Part shown: piece after piece, positions 9,576 through 20,098 of the stretch | Layout: every line of letters begins with the position of its first letter | Position numbering within the stretch: the first letter of the stretch is position 1 | Assembly (NCBI GenBank): GCA_001303185.1 | Contig: LJNP01000003.1 | Coordinates: 1-43,505, forward strand | Direction of reading: 5' to 3' | Source: Parcubacteria bacterium SG8_24 | Lineage (GTDB): Bacteria > Patescibacteriota > Patescibacteriia > SG8-24 | Length of the DNA: 43,505 nt | Program-made: the position numbers and the translations under genes | The notes under the pieces: generated by a model | Told to the model about the DNA's origin: nothing | What the model saw: only the letters and a program-made list of their open reading frames with translations | The model's database searches: none

Positions 9576-10256
9576 ATGAGAAACTGCCCCCGGCCAGTCA
9601 TGACCTGCCTATCCGTCCTGACCGTCGCCCTACTGTCATCCGCCTGCGGTGACGACACTCCTGATATCACGGAACTCACCATCCGCTCCGACGATATCCA
9701 CGAGGGCGTCCTGCCCGCCATCAAGGACCTCGGCACCCTGGTGAGTGTGAGCGCCAAGGACAGTTCGGGCCAGGAAGTCGATGAGCGCACCCTGGGCTGC
9801 GTCACCTGGATGTCGAGCGATAAGACCGTCCTGGACGTCAAATCGCTCGGCGGTTCGGCCATGATCAAGGGACGTGAGGACCTTTTCGATGCCCTGACCG
9901 ACGTGACGACCCTGGAAGATCTGCTGCAGACGCCGGAACCCTCGGCCACGCTGACCGCCAGCTGTGGCGAGACCAGCGACGAGATAGAGGTCCGGGTCGT
10001 GCTCAACGCCGGAGGCCTGTGGCAGATCGTCCTCGACGACGGCGCCTATGAGATCGAACTGGATCTCGCCCAGTCCGGAAGGAGACTCTTCCACGAGATG
10101 ACCGGCGCCGAAGGGACGATCGACGGCACCCGATTCATCCTCAACCAGTTCGGCTACGAACTGGACGGTCACTTCCTGGGACGGGATACGGCGTCAGGAA
10201 CCTACTCCTCATCCGGAGGCAGTACCGGGACCTGGACGGCCCAAAAGACAGACTAG
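9576..10256 (+). CDS. lipoprotein with Ig-like (Big_2-type) segment
   Basis: Lipobox LSSA-C; VTWMSSDKTVLDV resembles the Big_2 motif; AAGGAGG SD. Confidence 0.65.
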   Translation: MRNCPRPVMTCLSVLTVALLSSACGDDTPDITELTIRSDDIHEGVLPAIKDLGTLVSVSAKDSSGQEVDERTLGCVTWMSSDKTVLDVKSLGGSAMIKGREDLFDALTDVTTLEDLLQTPEPSATLTASCGETSDEIEVRVVLNAGGLWQIVLDDGAYEIELDLAQSGRRLFHEMTGAEGTIDGTRFILNQFGYELDGHFLGRDTASGTYSSSGGSTGTWTAQKTD

Positions 10257-10335
10257 TGACCTCTGGGAGGTCACTTTTTTGATCTCTTCATCCCGTCCGC
10301 CCCGTCATGCCGGGGCGGATCTCAGATGCCCGGGT

Positions 10336-11304
10336 TCAGTGGACCGACCAACGGTCCTTACCTTCGACGATCCGGCCGGTCACGGTGAAACCGGCCGCCT
10401 TCCGGTGACCCCCACCGCCGATGGCGGCGGCGATCTCCGAGACATCCACCTCCTGGGCCGTCCGTAGGCTGCCCTTGACCCTTCCGCCCGGTACCTCCTT
10501 GAGCAAGAGGACGACCTTGGCGTCGAGGAAATTATTGAGGAAATTGATGAACCCGCCCATATATTCCTCGTCCACTTCCCGCCCGCCGAGATCGTCGACG
10601 AACAGGGCGGTGGAGGCGACGCCCAGCTCCCGGTCATACTTGAGCCGGGCCAGCAGGTCCCCCCAAAGGCGCAATGCCGGCACGGGCTTGTTGCGCAGCA
10701 GGAAACGTGAGATGAGGTGCGACCTGGCGCCGCGCCGCAACAGGTCTGAAGCGACCTCGAGCGAACTGCGGGTCGTGGCCGGATTGGTGAAATTACCCGT
10801 GTCATTGAGTATCCCGGTCAGCAGGGCTGTAGCGATCTCCCGGTCGACCGGCAGATTGAAATGGTCGAAAAAGCGGTACAGCAGCTCCGACGTGGACGAG
10901 GCGTGTTCATCGACCACGTTGACGTCTCCGAACAGCCGATTGGTCTTGTGGTGGTCGATATTGACGATGCGGGGGGTCCCGGCGGGACGTCGGACGATGA
11001 GCCCGTTGATGCCGGCGTATTCCAGATCGCCCGCATCCAATACCGCGATGACGTCATAGGCCTCATCCGAAAAGACCGTCCGGTCGGTAGTGAACCGCTC
11101 CAGGCCGGCCAGGTACCGGAACTGCTGGGGCACGGGGTCGACACAGAACCCGGCGGCCGGTACGCCCAAACGGTCGCAGAATCCCAACAGGGCGCTGCCC
11201 GCCCCGAGCGCGTCCCCGTCCGGTTTGCGGTGGGCCACGACCAATACGCCCTTCGCCAGGCGCAGGCTATCGAACGCACGCTGGAAATCAAAGACGATAT
11301 CCAT
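10336..11304 (-). CDS. nrnA: DHH/DHHA1 phosphoesterase (NrnA-like oligoribonuclease / pAp phosphatase)
   Basis: HRKPDGDALG, VLD, NIDHH, GILNDTGNF, KGSLR, GGGGHRKAAG. Confidence 0.9.
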   Translation of the reverse strand: MDIVFDFQRAFDSLRLAKGVLVVAHRKPDGDALGAGSALLGFCDRLGVPAAGFCVDPVPQQFRYLAGLERFTTDRTVFSDEAYDVIAVLDAGDLEYAGINGLIVRRPAGTPRIVNIDHHKTNRLFGDVNVVDEHASSTSELLYRFFDHFNLPVDREIATALLTGILNDTGNFTNPATTRSSLEVASDLLRRGARSHLISRFLLRNKPVPALRLWGDLLARLKYDRELGVASTALFVDDLGGREVDEEYMGGFINFLNNFLDAKVVLLLKEVPGGRVKGSLRTAQEVDVSEIAAAIGGGGHRKAAGFTVTGRIVEGKDRWSVH

Positions 11305-11522
11305 ATTTCCGATGTCTCGAGCCCCCAAGGTTAGCAACGCTGTCCAGGAACGTCAACCCGGACCGACCGCCAAGACCCCGTGCCTTCGGGACAGCACACC
11401 GTGACGCCTAACCAGCCTATTGCAGATAACGCCTGACCTGCTACAATTCCGCTGGAAAGGGGCGGCACCTTGGGTCAAGGACGGCCGCCATATTCATCAT
11501 TCATCGCCGCTGAAATAGGCTT

Positions 11523-13820
11523 ATGTTCCTGCAGAAACTGGAGATGACCGGTTTCAAGTCCTTCGTGGACCGCACGGAGATAGATTTCCTGCCGCCCTCG
11601 GCCGCTTCCAAGGGCATCACCGCCGTGGTCGGCCCCAACGGCTCGGGCAAATCGAACGTGGCTGATGCTATCCGCTGGGTGCTCGGGGAACAGAGCACCA
11701 AGCTGCTGCGCGGCAAGAAGGCCGAGGATGTCATCTTCTCGGGCTCGGAGAAGAAGCCCCGCGCCAATTTCGCGGAGGTGACCATCTCCCTCAACAACGA
11801 GGATGGTCAGCTGCCGATGGACTATTCGGAGGTCTCCATATCCCGCCGCATCTATCGCGACGGTGATTCCGAGTACCTGATCAACAAGAACAAGGTCCGG
11901 CTGACCGATATCCAGCTGCTTCTGGCCCAAGCGCAGTTCGGAGCGCGGACCTATTCGGTCATCGGTCAGGGTATGGTGGACAACATCCTGATCGCCTCCC
12001 CGCAGGAACGCAAGGAATTCTTCGATGAGGCTGCTGGGGTCAAACAATACCAGCTGAAGCGCCACCAATCCCTCATCAAGATCAAGACGGCTCGGGAGAA
12101 CCTGTCTCAAGCCGAGATGCTGCTGACGGAGATCGCGCCGCGCCTCAGGTCCCTGGCCCGCCAGGCCAAACGTCTGGAGACCCGAGAGGGGCTCGAGGAG
12201 GAACTGCACGCCCTCAAACACCAGTACTACGGCAAGCTCTGGGAGCGTCTCCGGCTGCTGATCGACGACCGCCGTGCCTCGCTCGACAAGCTGGAAAGCG
12301 CCTGGAAGGACAAGGAGACGATGCGTGAGGCTGCCCAACGGGACCTGAGTGCCCTCGAAAAGGAAGAGACCGAGGCTCCGACAGACCGGTTCACCGAACT
12401 GCAGGATAGGTACGACGGCCTGGTCCAGGAACGTGCCGAACTGGAGAGTCGGCGGCTCAAGATACGGAGCGACCTGGAGGTGACGCGGCGGGTGCGGCAG
12501 GAGACTTCCGGCTCCCTCCCCCTCTCCAAGATCATCGATGAAGTCAACGAGATCGGCACGGGGCAAGACACCGCGGTCCGGCGGCTAACGTCGGCCAGTG
12601 ACCTCAAGGAAGCCCAAGCGACCATACCGGATTTCGAGAAGGTCGGGACAAAGGCCAAAGGACTGGCCACGAGACTGGAACGTCCGGCCAGTGAGCCGCC
12701 GGACCACGAGTCGGACCCGAAACTCACGGCGGAGATGGAGGGGCTCCGTCGGCAGGTCGCAGACAAGGACCGGGAGATCACGGAGATCCAGTCGGCCATC
12801 CAGGAATACAACCGCTCGGAACGCCAGAAGAAATCCAAGTTCTTCGACCTGCAACGGGAGCTGCAGCAGAAGATCGGCGTGGTGCACGACCTGGAACGCC
12901 GCCTCAACGAGGAGCGGGTGGAGATGGCCCGGCTGGATACGCGCCGGGAGGCCCTGGAAACGGAAATGGTCGCGGAGCTGGGCGAGAATGCCGACCGCAT
13001 CAAGACCGGCTTCACGGCGGACGATGAAGGCGATCCGGAGTCCTACCAACCGCGGATCCAGAAACTCAAATATCAGCTGGAACTGATCGGCGGGATCGAT
13101 CCCGAGGTGATGAAGGAATACGAAGAGACCAGGGAGCGTCATGATTTCCTGGAAAGCCAGACCAACGACCTCCGCAAGGCGATCGCCGACCTCCGAGCGG
13201 TCATCGCCGAACTGGACCTGACCATCAAGGCGGTGTCCGAAGCCTCTTTCCGCCGGCTCAACAAGAGCTTCGACCGTTACTTCAAGACCCTGTTCGGAGG
13301 CGGTCATGCCGAACTGATCCAGCTCAAGAGCGGCGGGACGGCAGATGCCGAGCCTGACGCCGAAGGGGGCGGCGACACCGACGGTCCGACAGATCAGCCG
13401 GACGATTTCGTGTCCCGAGACGTCGTCACCGGCATCGACATCAAAGCCACGCCGCCGGGAAAGAAGATCAGCAACATCACCATGCTCTCCGGCGGCGAGC
13501 GGGCCCTGACCTCGATAGCCCTCATCTGCGCCATCATGACCACCAATCCCTCGCCGTTCGTGGTGCTCGACGAGGTCGACGCGGCCCTCGACGAATCCAA
13601 TGCCGAACGGTTCGCCGCCATCCTCCAGGAACTGGCCGAAAGAACGCAGTTCATCATCATCACCCACAACCGTTACACCATGAACCGGTCCAACGTGCTC
13701 TATGGCGTGACGATGAACGATGCCGGGACGTCCCAGATCCTTTCGGTCAACCTGGAAGAGGCCGGGAAGATGAAAGGGAAGTCACGGAAAGTCCGGTCGG
13801 AGGAAATGGCGGCTGCCTGA
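11523..13820 (+). CDS. smc: chromosome segregation ATPase SMC, short form (765 aa)
   Basis: GFKSF, Walker A GPNGSGKSN, Q-loop IGQG, signature LSGGE, Walker B LDEVDAALD, FIIITH; coiled coils but no recognisable hinge. Confidence 0.9.
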   Translation: MFLQKLEMTGFKSFVDRTEIDFLPPSAASKGITAVVGPNGSGKSNVADAIRWVLGEQSTKLLRGKKAEDVIFSGSEKKPRANFAEVTISLNNEDGQLPMDYSEVSISRRIYRDGDSEYLINKNKVRLTDIQLLLAQAQFGARTYSVIGQGMVDNILIASPQERKEFFDEAAGVKQYQLKRHQSLIKIKTARENLSQAEMLLTEIAPRLRSLARQAKRLETREGLEEELHALKHQYYGKLWERLRLLIDDRRASLDKLESAWKDKETMREAAQRDLSALEKEETEAPTDRFTELQDRYDGLVQERAELESRRLKIRSDLEVTRRVRQETSGSLPLSKIIDEVNEIGTGQDTAVRRLTSASDLKEAQATIPDFEKVGTKAKGLATRLERPASEPPDHESDPKLTAEMEGLRRQVADKDREITEIQSAIQEYNRSERQKKSKFFDLQRELQQKIGVVHDLERRLNEERVEMARLDTRREALETEMVAELGENADRIKTGFTADDEGDPESYQPRIQKLKYQLELIGGIDPEVMKEYEETRERHDFLESQTNDLRKAIADLRAVIAELDLTIKAVSEASFRRLNKSFDRYFKTLFGGGHAELIQLKSGGTADAEPDAEGGGDTDGPTDQPDDFVSRDVVTGIDIKATPPGKKISNITMLSGGERALTSIALICAIMTTNPSPFVVLDEVDAALDESNAERFAAILQELAERTQFIIITHNRYTMNRSNVLYGVTMNDAGTSQILSVNLEEAGKMKGKSRKVRSEEMAAA

Positions 13821-13827
13821 GTTGAAC

Positions 13828-13855
13828 AAAAAACACCGGTATCAACCGGTGTTTT
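13828..13855. terminator. bidirectional terminator between smc and the GNAT gene
   Basis: AAAAAACACCGGT-ATCA-ACCGGTGTTTT between convergent genes. Confidence 0.8.
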
Positions 13856-13874
13856 GTATTATGAAGGCGCCGTC

Positions 13875-14291
13875 TCACAGGCAATAATCCTGCAGCGGTC
13901 CGTACCTTGCCTTGAACTTCTGCCAGTCGCGGATAACGAGCCTTCCGGGGTGCCTTTTCTTCACTCGCCTGAACAGTCCCCTCGAATGCGGGTCCCAACC
14001 GAAGGCGAAAAGCCTCTGCTCGCGCCGGAGCGCCGCTTCGAACAGGCGATCCGCCACCCCCCGACCGCGGAACCTTTCGTTGACGAAGACGTTGGCGCAT
14101 TTGCCGAAAGGCGTCGGAAAAACCATCAGCCATCCCATGACCTGACTACCGTCACTGAAGGCCACGAACGTCCTCGTTGCCGGCCTTTTACGGACGATGA
14201 AACGCATACTCCCGTTCTCGAAGGTAGCGTACAGCAGACGCCGCTGGACCTTCTTGCTCCAGGTCCGGAATGCTTTAGAGACCACTCTCAT
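13875..14291 (-). CDS. GNAT-family acetyltransferase-like protein
   Basis: Acetyl-CoA motif A VFVNERFRGRGVADRL; AAGGAGG SD; TTGACA-N17-TACGAT promoter. Confidence 0.75.
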   Translation of the reverse strand: MRVVSKAFRTWSKKVQRRLLYATFENGSMRFIVRKRPATRTFVAFSDGSQVMGWLMVFPTPFGKCANVFVNERFRGRGVADRLFEAALRREQRLFAFGWDPHSRGLFRRVKKRHPGRLVIRDWQKFKARYGPLQDYCL

Positions 14292-14505
14292 GACCCCTCC
14301 TTGTCAGAAAGAACATCCTATCGTATAACCGCGTGTATGGACTGTCAATGAGGCCGATCTTACCTCGAGCTGCACCTTGACGGAAAACCTCATCCAAAGC
14401 ATAATCCCCACTACGACAAGCCCTACTGCTGCGAGGGCCACACGGATACGGGACCGCTCATCCCTAACCCCGGAGCCGCCCTGAATCGAACTTAAACCAA
14501 GGAAC

Positions 14506-14886
14506 ATGATAGTCATCAGACTTTCCCGAGTGGGCAAGAAGAAACAGCCGACCTACCGCATCGTGGTCCAGGAGAAACAGCGTGACCCCTGGGGCACTTC
14601 TCTGGAGATACTCGGCCACTACAACCCGCGCACCAAACCCAAGACCGTCTCCTTAAAGGAAGAACGGGTGCGTCACTGGCTGGCCCAAGGTGCCCGACCG
14701 ACGCCGACCGTGCATAATCTGCTGGTCGATGCCAAACTGATCGAAGGGTCGAAAGTCAAGGCGACCCAAGGAGAACAGAAGAAGCGGCAGGAGGCGGCCC
14801 GAAAGAAAGCCGAAGAGGCCCCCAAAGAGGCGGCAGTGGCCGCCGAAGCCCCTTCGGCCGAAGACGCCCCGACCGAAACGTCCTGA
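14506..14886 (+). CDS. rpsP: 30S ribosomal protein S16
   Basis: MIVIRLSRVGKKKQPTYRIVV...LGHYNP...WLAQGARPTPTVHNLL plus an Ala/Glu-rich tail. Confidence 0.97.
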   Translation: MIVIRLSRVGKKKQPTYRIVVQEKQRDPWGTSLEILGHYNPRTKPKTVSLKEERVRHWLAQGARPTPTVHNLLVDAKLIEGSKVKATQGEQKKRQEAARKKAEEAPKEAAVAAEAPSAEDAPTETS

Positions 14887-14911
14887 TCCGACGGTCGATT
14901 ACCGGATGACA

Positions 14912-14935
14912 GACGGCCCCTCTGGGGGCCGTTTT
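14912..14935 (+). terminator. intrinsic terminator after rpsP
   Basis: GACGGCCCC-TCTG-GGGGCCGTTTT. Confidence 0.7.
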
Positions 14936-15146
14936 CGGTTCAATCGCGATGTCCCGCCTCCGCCCGATGCCCGCAAGACGACTCCGGTTGACACTTCATG
15001 GCAGAAGAGATAGATTAAAGCCGTCCCCATGACGGGGCGGGCCCTGGCCCGAAGAATCTTTACATCACTAATCCATATTATCGCTCTAATTAATCACTGA
15101 ACGACGGTGTACTCCCCGCAATTTAGAGGGAAGCCGCCCAACCGAT

Positions 15147-15482
15147 ATGGCAGAAGATCTCAAGGATCAAGAGTTTGTTGAATACGTCGTAAAGGCGATA
15201 GTCAACCATCCGGAGGACGTCAGGGTCGAAAGGACCATCGACGAGCGAGGCGTCCTGCTCACCCTTCATGTCAACCCGGATGACATGGGTTACGTCATCG
15301 GCAAGTCAGGTCAGACCGCCCGTTCGATCCGCACCCTTCTCAAGATCGTCGGCGCCAAGGGCAACGCCCGGGTGAACCTGAAGATTTACGAGCCGGAAGG
15401 GAGCCGCAGATCCTCCCAGTATTCGGCCCCGGCACCACAGGAAGAGGAGATCGATACCTCGGCCGTGGATCTGGAGATCTGA
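15147..15482 (+). CDS. khpA: KH-domain RNA-binding protein KhpA (YlqC family)
   Basis: FVEYVVKAIVNHPEDV..DMGYVIGKSGQTARSIRTLL; canonical position after rpsP; own promoter TTGACA (14988)-N17-TAGATT. Confidence 0.93.
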   Translation: MAEDLKDQEFVEYVVKAIVNHPEDVRVERTIDERGVLLTLHVNPDDMGYVIGKSGQTARSIRTLLKIVGAKGNARVNLKIYEPEGSRRSSQYSAPAPQEEEIDTSAVDLEI

Positions 15483-15507
15483 CACAATCTCAACGTAAAT
15501 AGACCGG

Positions 15508-15533
15508 ACCCCGCATCATCGATGCGGGGTTTT
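15508..15533 (+). terminator. intrinsic terminator after khpA
   Basis: ACCCCGCATC-ATC-GATGCGGGGTTTT. Confidence 0.75.
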
Positions 15534-15642
15534 GGATATCCACCCTTGCCAAAAAGGGGGTTCCGTGGAAAGATGCCCTGACGCCCGTCGATACGGGTCG
15601 TCTGTCGCTACTCGGACCTCTGGCGTTTCAGGAGATGACACG

Positions 15643-16842
15643 ATGACCACCGATTTTACGGACCGAGACACGGCTTCGCAGTTCCTTAAACAGATGTCTG
15701 ACCATCCCCTCCTCACCAAGGAGGAGGAGTGCTGGCTGGCTAAGCTGGCCCAGGGTCGGGTCGTCAGCCGTCCGCTGAGGTTCTCGGTGGACCGTCAGTG
15801 CGGAAAGATGCGGGCCAATGACCGACCGATCCGCTCCCCGCGGACCGCAGAAGCGGTCCGTATCGTCCGCCCACATCAGGACGAACGGGTCAGCGGACGT
15901 ATCCATTTCTCGCTGAGGCTGGCCTGCCCGCTGCCCGATTTCCCTCTGGCCGGACTGGAGATCGTCATCAAACCCGCCGGCCCGGGCAAGCGTCGACCGG
16001 TCGCCCGACTGGCCTGCCGCCATCACGGGCGCTGGGGCTGGTACGCCCGGTGCGACGACGGACAGATCGATCCGGGGCGCTACATCGCCGTAGTGCAGGC
16101 CGGACCGTCGCTGCAACGTGCGGCACTCGAGGAATTCATGCGGTGCAACTACCGTCTGGTGCTCAAGATCGCCAACAAGTTCCTCTGGTCGGGGATGGAC
16201 ATGATCGACCTCTTCACCGAGGGTACCCTCGGGCTGCAGAAGGGTGTCGGACGCTTCGAGCCCGAACGGGGCTACCGTTTCTGCACCTACGCCGGACACT
16301 GGATCCGGCAGTCGATCAGCCGGGCTGTCTACAACCAGAGCCGGACTATCCGCATCCCGGTACACCAGTGGGGTCGGAACCAGAAGCTGGCCAAGAGCTC
16401 GCGTCGCGTCGCCGACAGCGATCTCTGTCCACCGGAGCTGGAGACGCTGGCCGAGGACGCCCAGATCGACCTGGAACATGCCAAAGGGACCCAGCGCGCC
16501 TTCCAGCAGACCATGGTACCGCTGGAGACGCCGATCGGTCCCGACGGCAACGGCACCCTGGCCGACGTGCTCGAGGACGATCCGGACGGCGAGAGGGATC
16601 CCCACAACCTCATCGAGTGCAGCGAACTCAACGAGAAGCTGGACTGGGCGATCGCCCAACTCGACCCTCGGGAACAGGCCATCATCAGACTGAGGTTCGG
16701 CCTGACCGATGACCGCGACCTGACCCTGGAAAAGGTGGGTAAGCGGTTCGGGGTCACCAGGGAACGGATCCGGCAGATCGAGGAAAAGGTCCTCGGGAAA
16801 CTGCGCCGCCACCTGGCGAGACAGGGCTTGACCGGCATCTAG
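15643..16842 (+). CDS. RpoD-like (group 2-type) sigma70 factor with an insertion between regions 1.2 and 2.1
   Basis: Region 1.2 FLKQMSDHPLLTKEEE; region 2 NYRLVLKIA..DLFTEGTLGL..RFEPERGYRFCTYAGHWIRQ; RTIRIPVH; region 4 LRFGL..TLEKVGKRFGVTRERIRQIE; no region 1.1; CAGGAG SD. Confidence 0.9.
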   Translation: MTTDFTDRDTASQFLKQMSDHPLLTKEEECWLAKLAQGRVVSRPLRFSVDRQCGKMRANDRPIRSPRTAEAVRIVRPHQDERVSGRIHFSLRLACPLPDFPLAGLEIVIKPAGPGKRRPVARLACRHHGRWGWYARCDDGQIDPGRYIAVVQAGPSLQRAALEEFMRCNYRLVLKIANKFLWSGMDMIDLFTEGTLGLQKGVGRFEPERGYRFCTYAGHWIRQSISRAVYNQSRTIRIPVHQWGRNQKLAKSSRRVADSDLCPPELETLAEDAQIDLEHAKGTQRAFQQTMVPLETPIGPDGNGTLADVLEDDPDGERDPHNLIECSELNEKLDWAIAQLDPREQAIIRLRFGLTDDRDLTLEKVGKRFGVTRERIRQIEEKVLGKLRRHLARQGLTGI

Positions 16843-16923
16843 GTGCCGGTCTTTTATGTTATGGTATAGACGGTGCGGTCCGGCGTGACCGGAACCCCAT
16901 CGTCCAGATAACCCTATCAGGTC

Positions 16924-17607
16924 ATGAGATTCGACATCATCACCATCTTCCCCCGGATGTTCGACAACTACCTGTCCGAGTCGATAATCAAGCGCGCCCG
17001 CAAGCGCCGGCTCTTGGACATCCGGATGCATGACCTGCGGACATGGACCACCGACCGGCACCGCTCCGTCGACGACCGGCCGTTCGGCGGCGGACCGGGC
17101 ATGGTGATGATGGTCGGCCCCTTCCACCGAGCCCTCAAATCACTGAGGATCCGCGACCGCCGGAAGACGAGGGTCATCTTGCTTTCGGCCAAAGGCAAGA
17201 CCTTCTCCCACCGGGAGGCGGTACGCCTGTCCAAGTACCGCCGGATCGTATTGTTGTGCGGCCGGTACGAGGGGGTGGACGAACGCGTGGCCCGCCATCT
17301 GGCCGACGAGGAGATCTCTATCGGCGAATACGTCCTGACCGGCGGTGAGTTACCGGCTCTGGTGGTCCTCGATGCCGTGGCCCGACAGGTGCCGGGAGTG
17401 ATCGGCAAGGCGGTCTCGCTTCAGGAGGAATCCCACGCGACAGAAGGCGTGACCGAATATCCGCAATATACCCGGCCGGCTGATTATTCGCCGGCCAAAG
17501 GCCAGCACTGGCGCGTGCCCCAGGTCCTGCTCTCCGGGAATCACAGCAAGATCGCCGAATGGCGCGCCCGGAAATCACGACACCTACCCAAAAAGAAGGC
17601 TAAATAA
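16924..17607 (+). CDS. trmD: tRNA (guanine37-N1)-methyltransferase
   Basis: MRFDIITIFP, VDDRPFGGGPGMVM, LCGRYEGVDERV, SIGEYVLTGGE, EYPQYTRP, VPQVLLSGNH. Confidence 0.98.
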   Translation: MRFDIITIFPRMFDNYLSESIIKRARKRRLLDIRMHDLRTWTTDRHRSVDDRPFGGGPGMVMMVGPFHRALKSLRIRDRRKTRVILLSAKGKTFSHREAVRLSKYRRIVLLCGRYEGVDERVARHLADEEISIGEYVLTGGELPALVVLDAVARQVPGVIGKAVSLQEESHATEGVTEYPQYTRPADYSPAKGQHWRVPQVLLSGNHSKIAEWRARKSRHLPKKKAK

Positions 17608-17623
17608 GGCCGCGACGAGGGCC

Positions 17624-17754
17624 TTGACACCCACACGGTACCTCTATATACTATCCCCTGAGCGTCCGACCTGCTTAAGCGGGCCTCCGGACAGCTCTCT
17701 TATTTTCCGCTGACCTAGGGTCTCTTGACGCTTAAGCGTCTGATGCCCTAAAAT
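17624..17754 (+). promoter_or_regulatory. tandem rRNA promoters P1 and P2
   Basis: TTGACA (17624)-N17-TATACT (17647); TTGACG (17725)-N18-TAAAAT (17749); boxA-like GGACTTTGACAA near 17782. Confidence 0.75.
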
Positions 17755-17867
17755 GCGGGAAGCCCTCGATTCGGGGGCAAAGGACTTTGACAATGCGAAC
17801 GAGACAACGAGTCACTGTCTGTTCCCAATAGTTGAGTACCCGGCGACGCGGAAGCGTCACGGGAACT

Positions 17868-19374
<1,507 letters not shown>

Positions 19375-19519
19375 CTAGGGAGTAAATCTAGCCGGAGACT
19401 CCGGTCATCGGCACACGTCATCATCCGCAAGGATGAGGCTCCCAGGTCGGTCATGGCCTCGCGCCATGGAGTCATGGGTAATACTGCAGCGGCTCTTGTC
19501 TCGTTCGCATCGCCAAAGG

Positions 19520-19544
19520 AAAAACCGCCCGACAGGGCGGTTTT
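19520..19544. terminator. bidirectional terminator closing the 16S transcript
   Basis: AAAAACCGCCC-GACA-GGGCGGTTTT, just after the 3' arm of the processing stem. Confidence 0.8.
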
Positions 19545-19556
19545 GGGTTACCGAGG

Positions 19557-20000
19557 TCAGAAACGGACGGACAGTACGGATCCGTCCTCGGCATGACGCC
19601 TGACATAGGCCTGGAGGCCCGACTGCCGCAACAGGTCGGCTACGGCGCGGGTGACCCGACGGTCGGGCGGCTTGCGTCCGTGGCGAAGATAGATCGTCGC
19701 ACGGCGACCGCCTTCGGTCGCCCGACACCAGGCGAGGACGAGCGCGCCTCCCCACAGCAGTGTCGCGACGTCCCTCATGTTCCTGATCCTCGAACGGCAA
19801 CGGGCCTCGAAGGCGGGCCAGCGCTTGCGGTCGCGGCACGGCCGGCCGAGCTTCCCGTCCGGCTCCTCGCCGGCAACGTAGGCCATGAAATCGAACATCG
19901 GGAAAAGCTGGCCTTTCTCGGCGAGCTCCACGAGAATCTTCATCGTCGCGAGCGTGTAATCCCGCTTAGCGGGATCGGAATCAGCCTGTCCGGACATCAC
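19557..20000 (-). CDS. hypothetical protein
   Basis: AGGAGGT SD; TTGACG-N17-CAAGAT upstream; converges on the 16S terminator. Confidence 0.6.
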   Translation of the reverse strand: MMSGQADSDPAKRDYTLATMKILVELAEKGQLFPMFDFMAYVAGEEPDGKLGRPCRDRKRWPAFEARCRSRIRNMRDVATLLWGGALVLAWCRATEGGRRATIYLRHGRKPPDRRVTRAVADLLRQSGLQAYVRRHAEDGSVLSVRF

Positions 20001-20098
20001 CTGAACACCTCCTGTGGGTTCGGTTCATCTAAAGGACTGCCTGATATCTTGACTGATGAGGGACTTGGCGTCAAAAAAACGCCCGAAAATGGGCGTCT

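Noticed and set aside
14304-14537. 77-aa minus-strand ORF with a TM-like stretch, or SRP Alu-like look of the same strand
   Set aside because: It overlaps the rpsP start, has no SD or promoter, and its hydrophobicity follows from G/T skew. The SRP loop-loop pairing and helix-8 motif are absent.
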